Assembly (NCBI GenBank): GCA_045656325.1 | Contig: JAZOQX010000135.1 | Span: forward strand, 16 to 64,015 | Source: Eubacteriales bacterium | GTDB lineage: Bacteria > Bacillota > Clostridia > Oscillospirales > CAG-272 | Length of the DNA stretch: 64,000 nt | Direction: 5' to 3' | Shown: piece by piece, positions 44,668 through 53,282 of the stretch | Layout of the letters: each line of letters opens with the position of its first letter | Position numbering within the stretch: position 1 is the stretch's first letter | Notes under the pieces: model-generated | The model's input: only the letters and a program-made list of their open reading frames with translations | Databases searched by the model: none | Told to the model about the DNA's origin: nothing | Made by a program: the position numbers and the translations under genes

Positions 44668-45990
44668 ATGGCTTTTTCTCTTCACGGGGTTCACGTACCC
44701 CATCGAAAGAATACCCAAAACAAGGAAGCCGTTTTTATGGATCCTCCGAAAACGGTAACGATTCCCATGTCCATGCATATCGGCGCGCCCGCCCGTCCCA
44801 TCGTGAAGGTGGGTGACGCGGTCCGTGTCGGTACCAAAATCGCGGAGGCGGGGGGAGCTGTTTCGGTTCCCATGCACGCGTCGGTTTCGGGAACGGTGAA
44901 AAAAATTACGGATTTCCCGCTTTCAAACGGCGGCATGACCTCTGCGGTGGTCATTGAGTCCGACGGGGAAATGACGCTCGACGAGTCTCTCGCTCCTCCC
45001 TCGGTGGAATCCAGAGAGGACCTCGTTCGCGCCATTCTGGAAAGCGGCGTGGTGGGACTTGGCGGAGCGGGCTTCCCGACTCATATTAAATTCAACGCGG
45101 ATCCCGCCCGCATGGAGGTTCTGGTGGTCAACGGAGCGGAATGTGAGCCCTACATTACCAGCGATACATACACCATGAATACCAAGGGCGCGGAGATTGC
45201 CGCCGCCTTGCGCGCGCTGTCCGCTTACCTGGGAATCAAGAACGTGATTTTTGGCATTGAATCCAATAAAAAAACCGCCATTGCCGCGATGAAGCGGTTG
45301 GCGGAGGAGCTTCGTGAGGCTTGCTCGGTTCAGGTGAAGGTCCTTCCCGCCGTATACCCTCAGGGCGGCGAAAAGGTGCTGATTTATCACACCACGGGGC
45401 GGGTGGTTCCCGTAGGAAAGCTTCCCATTGATGCGGGATGCATCGTGGTCAACTGTACCACTTTGGCAGCCATCGGCGGATACCTGACCACGGGAAAGCC
45501 CTTGGTCAATAAGTGCGTGACGGTGGACGGCGGCGCGGTCAGGGAGCCGAAGAACGTGATCGTTCCCATCGGAAGTGCGTTCTCGGACGTGCTTGATTTT
45601 TGCGGCGGATTGTCGGAGGAGCCCGAGAGAGTGCTTTACGGCGGGCCGATGATGGGAATTTCGGTTCCCGACACGAGCGTTCCCGTTTTGAAGAATACCA
45701 ACGCGATTTTGGCTCTTACCGCAGGGGAGACCCGCGAGCCGAAGCAAACGGCTTGTATTCGCTGCGGCACCTGCGCCAACGCCTGCCCCTTTGGGCTTTC
45801 CCCCGCGGAGATTGCGAGGGCGTATGAAAAGAAGGACGCAGAGGGACTTCGCAAGCTGTCCCTGAATGCCTGCATGGAGTGCGGCTGCTGCAGCTTCGGC
45901 TGCCCCGCGGCGCGTCCCTTGGTGCAGACCAATAAGCTGGCGAAAGCATTTTTGCGCGAAGAATCGGCAAAGGAGGAGAAAAAGGCATGA
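44668..45990 (+). CDS. rnfC: Rnf complex subunit C
   Basis: The protein is 440 aa. It has an NADH/FMN-binding region (GLGGAGFPTHIKF) and two 4Fe-4S motifs (CIRCGTCANACP, CMECGCCSFGCP). Confidence 0.92.
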   Translation: MAFSLHGVHVPHRKNTQNKEAVFMDPPKTVTIPMSMHIGAPARPIVKVGDAVRVGTKIAEAGGAVSVPMHASVSGTVKKITDFPLSNGGMTSAVVIESDGEMTLDESLAPPSVESREDLVRAILESGVVGLGGAGFPTHIKFNADPARMEVLVVNGAECEPYITSDTYTMNTKGAEIAAALRALSAYLGIKNVIFGIESNKKTAIAAMKRLAEELREACSVQVKVLPAVYPQGGEKVLIYHTTGRVVPVGKLPIDAGCIVVNCTTLAAIGGYLTTGKPLVNKCVTVDGGAVREPKNVIVPIGSAFSDVLDFCGGLSEEPERVLYGGPMMGISVPDTSVPVLKNTNAILALTAGETREPKQTACIRCGTCANACPFGLSPAEIARAYEKKDAEGLRKLSLNACMECGCCSFGCPAARPLVQTNKLAKAFLREESAKEEKKA

Positions 45991-46919
45991 GTCGATTGAC
46001 CCTTTCGGTGTCCCCGCATATTCATAGCGGACGCTCAACCGCGGCGATCATGGGCGACGTGCTGATCGCGCTGATTCCCGCCGTCATGGCGGGCGTGGCG
46101 ATCTTCGGATGGCGGGCGCTTTTGGTGATTGCCGTTTGTCTTGCTTCCTCTGTGGGATTCGAGGCGTTGTTTAATTTGATCGTAAAAAAGGAACAGACCG
46201 TCGGCGATCTGAGCGCCGCCGTTACGGGACTGCTTTTGGCGCTTAATCTGCCTGCGGGGATTCCCCTCTGGCAGTGCGCTATCGGTTCGCTTTTTGCCAT
46301 CGTCGTGGTAAAGGGACTGTTTGGCGGACTTGGCTGTAATCCCGTCAATCCCGCCATTACCGCCCGTGTCTTCATGCTGGTGGCGTTTGGCTCTATGACC
46401 GTACAATCTCTTCCCGTGATCGTGGACACGGTTTCGAGCGCGACTCCCTTAGCGGTGGAGAGCGTAGATCAAATGCCCTCCCTTTGGACGCTGTTTCGGG
46501 GAACCTACGGCGGTGCCATCGGTGAGACCTCGGCAGTCGCTCTGTTGATCGGATTTTTGTATTTGTTGGTTCGTCGGGTGATCAGCTGGCATATTCCCGT
46601 TGCCTTTGTGGGAACGGTTTACGTTGCCTCCTTCTTTATGGAGGGAATGGCACCCTTGACGGCACTTTCCATGATCCTTTCGGGCGGTCTGCTTCTCGGC
46701 GCCATCTTTATGGCGACCGATTACGTGACCTCCCCCACCACCCCTTGGGGCAAGGTGATTTTCGGTATCGGCGCGGGACTGATTACCTTCCTCATCCGCT
46801 ATTTCGGATCCTATCCCGAGGGAGTGTCCTTCGCGATCCTCATTATGAACATTTTGACTCCCTACATTGACTCTTGGACTCGCCGCAGGGTGTTCGGAAC
46901 AGGAGGCAAGCAGGCATGA
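45987..46919 (+). CDS. rnfD: Rnf complex subunit D
   Basis: The protein is 310 aa and polytopic. It has the flavinylation-type motif DTVSSATPL. Its start overlaps the rnfC stop. Confidence 0.9.
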   Translation: MSRLTLSVSPHIHSGRSTAAIMGDVLIALIPAVMAGVAIFGWRALLVIAVCLASSVGFEALFNLIVKKEQTVGDLSAAVTGLLLALNLPAGIPLWQCAIGSLFAIVVVKGLFGGLGCNPVNPAITARVFMLVAFGSMTVQSLPVIVDTVSSATPLAVESVDQMPSLWTLFRGTYGGAIGETSAVALLIGFLYLLVRRVISWHIPVAFVGTVYVASFFMEGMAPLTALSMILSGGLLLGAIFMATDYVTSPTTPWGKVIFGIGAGLITFLIRYFGSYPEGVSFAILIMNILTPYIDSWTRRRVFGTGGKQA

Positions 46920-47437
46920 AGAAATCGATGAAGAGTATCGTCGTGTTGGTGTCGATCTGCGGCGTAATCGCGCTGCTGCTGGCGCTGACCAATATGATCA
47001 CGGCACCCTTGGTGGAGGAAAATCAAAGGATTGCCACCGAGAAGGCGCTCAAGGAGGTCATGCCCGAGGGAGAGGGCTTTGAAAAGGTGGAGAGCGAGCT
47101 GACTCTGCCCGAAACCGTGACCGAGGCTTATCGGGAGCAGGGCGGCGGCTACGTTATCAAGCTGAAGACGGCGGGCTACGGCTCGGATTTTGTGATTCTG
47201 TGCGGTGTCCGAGCCGACGGAACGGTGAGCGGTACGGTCTGCCTGTCCTCCAACGAGACCCTCGGATTTGAAAAGACCTACGGAGAGAATTTCACGAATC
47301 TCAATCAGACGGGTGTCCTTGGCGTGGATACCGTTTCGGGCGCAACCAAAACGACGGAGGCATATCGCTCTGCCGTAGCGGATGCGATCAATGCCGCGGA
47401 AGCGTTGAGAGCGGCGGAGAGGGGGACGAACGAATGA
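46916..47437 (+). CDS. rnfG: Rnf complex subunit G
   Basis: The ATG at 46916 forms an ATGA overlap with the rnfD stop, and AGGAGG lies upstream. It has an N-terminal anchor and the FMN-attachment motif DTVSGATKT. Confidence 0.9.
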   Translation: MKKSMKSIVVLVSICGVIALLLALTNMITAPLVEENQRIATEKALKEVMPEGEGFEKVESELTLPETVTEAYREQGGGYVIKLKTAGYGSDFVILCGVRADGTVSGTVCLSSNETLGFEKTYGENFTNLNQTGVLGVDTVSGATKTTEAYRSAVADAINAAEALRAAERGTNE

Positions 47438-48123
47438 AGAAAAACGGAAACAACTCGGTTCTTCTTCGGGGAATTTTAAAGGAAAACCCCGTCTTTGTGC
47501 TGGTTCTCGGAACCTGTCCCACCTTGGCGGTCACCAACAATCTGGTGGGCGCGTTCGGAATGGGAATTGCGGCGCTGGTGGTGCTGCTTTGCTCCAACGT
47601 GTTGGTTTCTCTGCTTCGTCGGGTGATCCCCGATAGCGTGAGAATCCCTTGCTATATCGTCATCATTGCGGGCTTCGTTACCATCGTGCAGATGCTGGTG
47701 CAGGCATTTTTCCCTGCCCTCTACGAAATGCTCGGTGTCTATTTGGCGCTGATCACGGTCAACTGCATCATTCTCGGCCGCGCCGAAATGTTTGCGGGTA
47801 AGAATTCCGTAGGAAAATCTGCGCTGGACGGAATCGGAATGGGACTGGGCTTTACGCTGGCGCTTTGCGCCATGGCTTTGGTGAGAGAGGTGTTCGGAAA
47901 CGCTTCCTTTGCGGGGATTCCGATCCCGTTCCTTGAGCCGTATAAGATTGCGTTTCTTGTGAAAGCGCCGGGAGGTATGCTGGTTTACGGACTTCTCATT
48001 GCGCTGGTTTACGTCATCACCCGCGGCCGCGCGCCTCGGAAAAGCTCGTTTTCCTGCGAGGGCTGTCCCTCGGCAGGTCATTGCCACGCAGGCGCGTGCG
48101 CTGAGAAAGGAGAGGAAGCTTAA
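47434..48123 (+). CDS. rnfE: Rnf complex subunit E
   Basis: The protein is 229 aa and polytopic, with an RnfE/NqrD-like sequence (NPVFVLVLGTCPTLAVT). Confidence 0.9.
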   Translation: MKKNGNNSVLLRGILKENPVFVLVLGTCPTLAVTNNLVGAFGMGIAALVVLLCSNVLVSLLRRVIPDSVRIPCYIVIIAGFVTIVQMLVQAFFPALYEMLGVYLALITVNCIILGRAEMFAGKNSVGKSALDGIGMGLGFTLALCAMALVREVFGNASFAGIPIPFLEPYKIAFLVKAPGGMLVYGLLIALVYVITRGRAPRKSSFSCEGCPSAGHCHAGACAEKGEEA

Positions 48124-48722
48124 TGGATCTTTTTAAAACGCTTATCGTTATTCTCCTTTCCTCCGTGTTGGTCAATAACTACGTGCTTAGCCGATTCCTC
48201 GGCATATGTCCCTTCCTTGGCGTATCCAAAAAGCTGGATCAAGCGACGGGCATGGGCATTTCCGTAACGGCGGTCATGCTTTTGGCGACGGCGGTTACCT
48301 GGCCCATTCAGTATCTGCTTCTCGACCGAGTAGGACTCGGTTATATGCAGACCATTGTGTTTATTTTGGTCATTGCGGCTCTGGTGCAGATGTTAGAGCT
48401 GATTATCAAGCGCTTTTCTCCCTCCCTGCACAAGGGGCTGGGTGTGTATTTGCCCCTGATTACGACCAACTGCGCCGTGCTGGGCGTAGCCATCAACAAC
48501 ATTACCGACGGCTACGGATTTCTTGAGTCCATGGTAAGCTCCCTTGGATGTGGACTCGGCTTCCTTTTGGCAATGGTGCTGTTTTCGGGTCTGCGGTCCC
48601 GTATTGACGAGAGCCGCGTTCCCGCGCCCTTCCGTGGACTTGCCGTGACTCTGATCGCCGCTTCCTTTATTTCCCTTGCTTTTATGGGATTTGCGGGAAT
48701 CGTGGATCGGCTCTTCGCATAA
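48123..48722 (+). CDS. rnfA: Rnf complex subunit A
   Basis: The protein is 199 aa and polytopic, with an RnfA/NqrE-like sequence (NNYVLSRFLGICPFLGVS). Confidence 0.9.
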   Translation: MDLFKTLIVILLSSVLVNNYVLSRFLGICPFLGVSKKLDQATGMGISVTAVMLLATAVTWPIQYLLLDRVGLGYMQTIVFILVIAALVQMLELIIKRFSPSLHKGLGVYLPLITTNCAVLGVAINNITDGYGFLESMVSSLGCGLGFLLAMVLFSGLRSRIDESRVPAPFRGLAVTLIAASFISLAFMGFAGIVDRLFA

Positions 48723-48732
48723 GGAGGAACCC

Positions 48733-49536
48733 ATGAATATTTTACTTGCTTTTTTGGTGGTTGCCGCCGTCGGATTGGTGGCGGGAATCCTCTTGGCGCT
48801 GATCTCCCGCTTTTTCGGAGTAGAGGAGGACGAGCGTGTTAAGGCAGTCCGCGCCTGTCTTCCCGGTGCCAATTGCGGTGCTTGCGGATACAAGGGCTGC
48901 GATGATTACGCTTCGGCGCTTGCCGAGGGAAAAGCTGCCGCGAATCTGTGTATTCCCGGCTCGGACGCTACGGCGGCAGAGCTTGGAGCCGTCCTCGGAA
49001 TCGAGGTCGAGCCTCCGAAGAACGCCACGGCGTTCGTGCATTGCAGAGGAAACTGTACGGTTACGGAAAAGAGAGCCGACTATGAGGGCGTGCAAAGCTG
49101 CCGCGCCGCGGCAATGCTTTTCGGCGGACCCGAGGCCTGCCGCTTCGGATGCTTGGGACTTGGCGATTGCGTCAAGGTGTGTCCCGCGGATGCCATTTGT
49201 CTGAAGGACGGGATCGCCCACGTCAATCCCTCGCTTTGCAAGGGATGCGGTCTGTGCGCCTCTGCCTGCCCCAAGGGGATCATTTCCGTGATTCCCAAGG
49301 AAGCGTCGGCGGTGGTTCTTTGCAGTAACAAGGATAAGGGTGCCGATGCCCGCAAGGCGTGCAAGAGCGCGTGTATCGGATGCAAAAAATGTGAAAAGCT
49401 GTGTCCCTCCGAGGCGATCAAGGTAGTGGATCAGCTGGCAAGAGTGGACTATGATAAGTGTACGGGCTGCGGCGCGTGCATAGAGGGATGCCCGATGGGG
49501 TGTCTGGACGCTCTTTCGTTTGCCAAATATGTCTGA
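48733..49536 (+). CDS. rnfB: Rnf complex subunit B
   Basis: The ATG at 48733 follows AAGGAGGA. It has an N-terminal anchor, CLPGANCGACGYKGCDDYA, and several ferredoxin-type CxxCxxCxxxCP motifs. Confidence 0.9.
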   Translation: MNILLAFLVVAAVGLVAGILLALISRFFGVEEDERVKAVRACLPGANCGACGYKGCDDYASALAEGKAAANLCIPGSDATAAELGAVLGIEVEPPKNATAFVHCRGNCTVTEKRADYEGVQSCRAAAMLFGGPEACRFGCLGLGDCVKVCPADAICLKDGIAHVNPSLCKGCGLCASACPKGIISVIPKEASAVVLCSNKDKGADARKACKSACIGCKKCEKLCPSEAIKVVDQLARVDYDKCTGCGACIEGCPMGCLDALSFAKYV

Positions 49537-49924
49537 CCGATCGGCTGCAGGGTCCCCCAAAAGACTCCGCAACGACTTGATCTTGATTCTTCTTCTTTTG
49601 TCCGTGGCAATTGCCGCAGGTCTTTCCTTCTATCTTCTTCGCGAGGAGGGAGCAGAGGTGCGGGTCACGGTGGACGGAGAGACGTGGGGCAGCTATTCCC
49701 TCGCGGAGGATCGAGAGGTGGAGATCCGTACGGAGAAGGGAGTTAATCGCTTGGTCATTCGGGACGGCGAGGCCTACGTGGAATTTGCGGATTGCCCCGA
49801 CGGCATCTGTGCCGACCATAAGCCGATCTCCCGTACGAAGGAAAGCATCGTGTGCTTGCCTCACGGCGTGGTCATTACGGTGCGCGGGGGAGAGAGCGAG
49901 GATGGTGTCGATCTCATCGCTTGA
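49529..49924 (+). CDS. NusG domain II-containing protein
   Basis: The ATG at 49529 overlaps the rnfB end by 8 nt. It has a TM anchor followed by ...EFADCPDGICADHKPISRTKESIVCLPHGVVITV, typical of NusG_II/DUF1312. Confidence 0.75.
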   Translation: MSDRSAAGSPKRLRNDLILILLLLSVAIAAGLSFYLLREEGAEVRVTVDGETWGSYSLAEDREVEIRTEKGVNRLVIRDGEAYVEFADCPDGICADHKPISRTKESIVCLPHGVVITVRGGESEDGVDLIA

Positions 49925-49951
49925 TCCCGTTTTCGAAAAAGGAGAGAGGGT

Positions 49952-50455
49952 ATGAAGGGAAAAACCGAAAAAACAGCCCTTTTGGGGCTTTGCGTGGCGC
50001 TTGCCATGCTCCTTTCCTACGTGGAGCTTTTGATCCCTCCTCTTTATGCGGCGGTTCCGGGGATCAAATTGGGACTTCCCAACGTGGTGATCCTTTTCGC
50101 CTTGTACCGTCTTGGGGCTGGGTCCGCGGCGGCGGTTTCCCTTTGCCGAATCGGAGCGGTGTCGCTGCTCTTCGGAAACGTGATGGCGCTGGCGTACAGT
50201 CTGGTCGGCGGAATCCTCAGCCTTCTTGCCATGTACCTGCTTCGGAAAAGCGGCCGCTTTTCCATCGTGGGGGTCAGCGCGGCGGGGGGCGTGCTTCATA
50301 ACGTAGGGCAGATTCTTTGCGCCATATGGCTGTTGGGAACGGCGGAGATCGGATATTATCTTGCCGTTTTGGCGGTCACGGGAACCATATCGGGAGTTCT
50401 TGTGGGGCTTCTTGGCGGATTCGTTCTTCGTCGGATCTGCGCGGACGCGAAATAA
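49952..50455 (+). CDS. Gx transporter family protein (heptaprenyl diphosphate synthase component I-like)
   Basis: The protein is 167 aa with five hydrophobic segments. The N-terminus KTALLGLCVALAMLLSYVE and the pairing with NusG_II and ApbE are typical. Confidence 0.7.
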   Translation: MKGKTEKTALLGLCVALAMLLSYVELLIPPLYAAVPGIKLGLPNVVILFALYRLGAGSAAAVSLCRIGAVSLLFGNVMALAYSLVGGILSLLAMYLLRKSGRFSIVGVSAAGGVLHNVGQILCAIWLLGTAEIGYYLAVLAVTGTISGVLVGLLGGFVLRRICADAK

Positions 50456-50518
50456 TACGAAAGGGGCGCTTTTCTGCGCCCCTTGCTTCGATTTACTTAT
50501 GAGAAAAGGAGAGATGGT

Positions 50519-51562
50519 ATGAAGAAACGGCTTTTGAGCGCGCTTGTGCTGCTCGGACTCGTGCTTTCCGTGGGGAGTGTCGTCTCCTGCGGCAGAGCGG
50601 GGGAGCTATATTCCGTCGAATCCTTTGAATCCTTTGACACCGTTACCACCGTGATGGGATATGCCGATTCCCGCGAGACGTTTGACGGGGTGGCGGAGGA
50701 AATCCTTCAAATGCTGGCAGAGTACCACCGCCTGTTTGATATTTATCACACCTACGAGGGCATGGAGAATCTCTGTACCCTGAACCGTGGGGCGGCCGCC
50801 TCTCCCGTTCGGGTGGATGGACGCGTCATGGAGCTTTTGCTCTACGGAAAAGAAATGTACGCTCTGACCGAGGGACAGGTAAATATTGCCATGGGAAGCG
50901 TTTTGTCTCTGTGGCACGACTGTCGGGAAAGGGCAGAGACAGATCCCGAGGGGGCGGCTCTTCCCGACGGGAAGGCGCTTGCCGATGCGGGAGGGCATAC
51001 CGATATAGAGGATCTCCTTCTGGACGAGGAAAAGGGAACGGTGTTCTTTTCCGATCCTCTTCTCAAGCTGGACATAGGGGCAATCGCCAAGGGCTACGCC
51101 GTGGAGCGGGTCGCTCAGGCAATGGAGGCAAAGGGAATCACGGGCTACGTGATCAACGCGGGAGGAAACGTCCGTGTGATCGGACCCAAAGCCGACGGAT
51201 CTCCTTGGACGGTAGGCGTGGATTATCCCGAATCGAAGGAGAGCTACCTTGCCCGTCTGTCTCTTTCGGAGGAATCCTTGGTGACCAGCGGATCCTATCA
51301 GCGGTACTATACGGTAGACGGAGAGAGATACCACCATATCATCGACCCCGACACGGGAATGCCCGCGGAGGGCTTTTCCTCGGTTTCGGTGGTCTGTCCC
51401 GACTCCGCCCTTGCCGATGCCCTTTCCACGGCGCTCTTCTGTATGAGCCTTGAGGAGGGACGGGATTTGATCGAATCGATTCCCGATGCCGAGGCAATGT
51501 GGCTTTGCGAGGACGGAACCATCGTCGTTTCCCTCGGCTTTGAGAAATATTCCCTGCCGTAA
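50519..51562 (+). CDS. apbE: FAD:protein FMN transferase (ApbE), lipoprotein
   Basis: I place the start at the ATG at 50519 after AAAGGAGAG. The lipobox is VVSC. ApbE motifs are present (DIGAIAKGYAVERV, VINAGGNV, GERYHHIIDPDTG). Confidence 0.88.
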   Translation: MKKRLLSALVLLGLVLSVGSVVSCGRAGELYSVESFESFDTVTTVMGYADSRETFDGVAEEILQMLAEYHRLFDIYHTYEGMENLCTLNRGAAASPVRVDGRVMELLLYGKEMYALTEGQVNIAMGSVLSLWHDCRERAETDPEGAALPDGKALADAGGHTDIEDLLLDEEKGTVFFSDPLLKLDIGAIAKGYAVERVAQAMEAKGITGYVINAGGNVRVIGPKADGSPWTVGVDYPESKESYLARLSLSEESLVTSGSYQRYYTVDGERYHHIIDPDTGMPAEGFSSVSVVCPDSALADALSTALFCMSLEEGRDLIESIPDAEAMWLCEDGTIVVSLGFEKYSLP

Positions 51563-51641
51563 AAAAACTTTACAAAAGCCTTCAAACGTGGTATACTGTA
51601 AATGAGGATAGAACCATTAAGCAAAGCGAGGGAGGAAGGAT

Positions 51642-53243
51642 ATGAGGATTCAGTTTATCGGCGCGGCGCAGGAAGTGACGGGAAGCTGTACGCTCCTTTG
51701 TGTGGGTGAAAGATACTATCTGGTGGACTGCGGAATGGAGCAGGGGATCGACGTGTTTCAGAACGTCTCTCTGCCCGTCAGTCCCCGACAGATCGAGGCG
51801 GTCTTTCTGACCCATGCCCATATCGATCACTCGGGAATGCTTCCGAGACTGTATAAGGACGGCTTTCGGGGCATCATCTTTGCCACCGAGGCAACGGCGA
51901 AGCTGTGCGATATCATGCTTCGCGATAGCGCCCATATTCAAATGACCGAGGCGCTTTGGAAAAACAAACGGGCGGAGCGCGCGGGCGAGGAGCCCGAGGA
52001 GCCCACCTACGATATGGCGGATGCCGAGGGCGCGATTCGGCTCTTCCGAGGGCTTCCTTACGGAAAACGGATTCCCGTTTCGGCAGACGTAGAGCTTCGT
52101 TTTACCGATATCGGGCATTTGCTCGGCTCAGCCGCCGTGGAACTTTGGCTTCGGGAGGACGGCGAGGAGCGAAAGATCGTATTCAGCGGAGACGTGGGAA
52201 ATCTGGATCAACCGATCATTAAAAACCCCCTTCCCATCGCGGAGACCGATTATCTGGTGTTGGAGTCTACCTACGGAAATCGGCTTCACGATACCCCCGA
52301 GGACGCGGTCGCCATGCTTGCCGAGGTGCTCGAGAAAACGCTGAAGAGAGGCGGAAACGTGATCATTCCCTCCTTTGCGGTGGGACGGACGCAGGAACTT
52401 TTGTATGCCATTCGCGAGATCAAGGAAAGAGGCTTGATGAGCGACGTGAACTTTCCCGTATACGTGGATAGCCCCTTGGCGGTGGAAGCGACGAGGATTT
52501 TTGGAAGATGCGATCCCTCCTGCTTTGACGAGGAGACCAACCGTCTGCTGGCAGCGGGGATCGATCCCCTGCAGTTCGAGGGGCTTCGTCTGTCGGTAAC
52601 GGTGGAGGAGTCCAAAGCGATCAATGAAAATCCCGAGCCAAAGGTGATCCTGTCCGCCAGCGGAATGTGCGAGGCGGGACGGATCCGACACCATTTGAAG
52701 CATAACCTGTGGAAGAAGGAAAACCTGATCCTTTTCGTAGGCTATCAAGCCGAGGGGACACTGGGAAGAGCCCTTGTGGAGGGGGCGGATCACGTGCATC
52801 TCTTCGGAGAGGAGATCGCCGTTGCGGCAGAGATCAAATCCCTCAAGGGAACCAGCGGACACGCCGACCAAAAGGGTCTGATCCATTGGCTGTCCCGATT
52901 CAGGAAAAAGCCGAGGACCGTGTATCTGAATCATGGAAGCGAGGAAGCCATCGCCGAGCTTTCCCAACGGCTTCAGGATCGGGGATACGCGGTGGAAACA
53001 CCGTATAGCGGAACCGAATACGACCTTGTAAGCGGTGCCATGACCGCCTACGCCGAGAAGAAGCGGGTAGACCGCAGCGCGGCGGCAAAGGCGCAGTCCA
53101 GAAAATCCTCGGTGTATCGGAATCTGGTGGCGGCGGCAGAGGCGCTTCTTTCCCTTGCCAAGCGGTCGGATTCGAGGACCAACAAGGATAACGCAAAATT
53201 GACTGCCCAGATCAGAGCCCTGATCGATAAATGGGAGAAATAA
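51642..53243 (+). CDS. MBL-fold beta-CASP family ribonuclease-like hydrolase
   Basis: The protein is 533 aa. It has the metallo-beta-lactamase motif THAHIDHSG, beta-CASP segments, and a C-terminal SGHAD. Confidence 0.82.
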   Translation: MRIQFIGAAQEVTGSCTLLCVGERYYLVDCGMEQGIDVFQNVSLPVSPRQIEAVFLTHAHIDHSGMLPRLYKDGFRGIIFATEATAKLCDIMLRDSAHIQMTEALWKNKRAERAGEEPEEPTYDMADAEGAIRLFRGLPYGKRIPVSADVELRFTDIGHLLGSAAVELWLREDGEERKIVFSGDVGNLDQPIIKNPLPIAETDYLVLESTYGNRLHDTPEDAVAMLAEVLEKTLKRGGNVIIPSFAVGRTQELLYAIREIKERGLMSDVNFPVYVDSPLAVEATRIFGRCDPSCFDEETNRLLAAGIDPLQFEGLRLSVTVEESKAINENPEPKVILSASGMCEAGRIRHHLKHNLWKKENLILFVGYQAEGTLGRALVEGADHVHLFGEEIAVAAEIKSLKGTSGHADQKGLIHWLSRFRKKPRTVYLNHGSEEAIAELSQRLQDRGYAVETPYSGTEYDLVSGAMTAYAEKKRVDRSAAAKAQSRKSSVYRNLVAAAEALLSLAKRSDSRTNKDNAKLTAQIRALIDKWEK

Positions 53244-53282
53244 AAAAAGAACGGCAATGCCCAAGGCATTGCCGTTCTTTTT
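53242..53282. terminator. Bidirectional terminator between convergent genes
   Basis: A 13-bp stem pairs GAACGGCAATGCC (53249-53261) with GGCATTGCCGTTC (53265-53277). It is flanked by A7 and T5 tracts. Confidence 0.85.
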
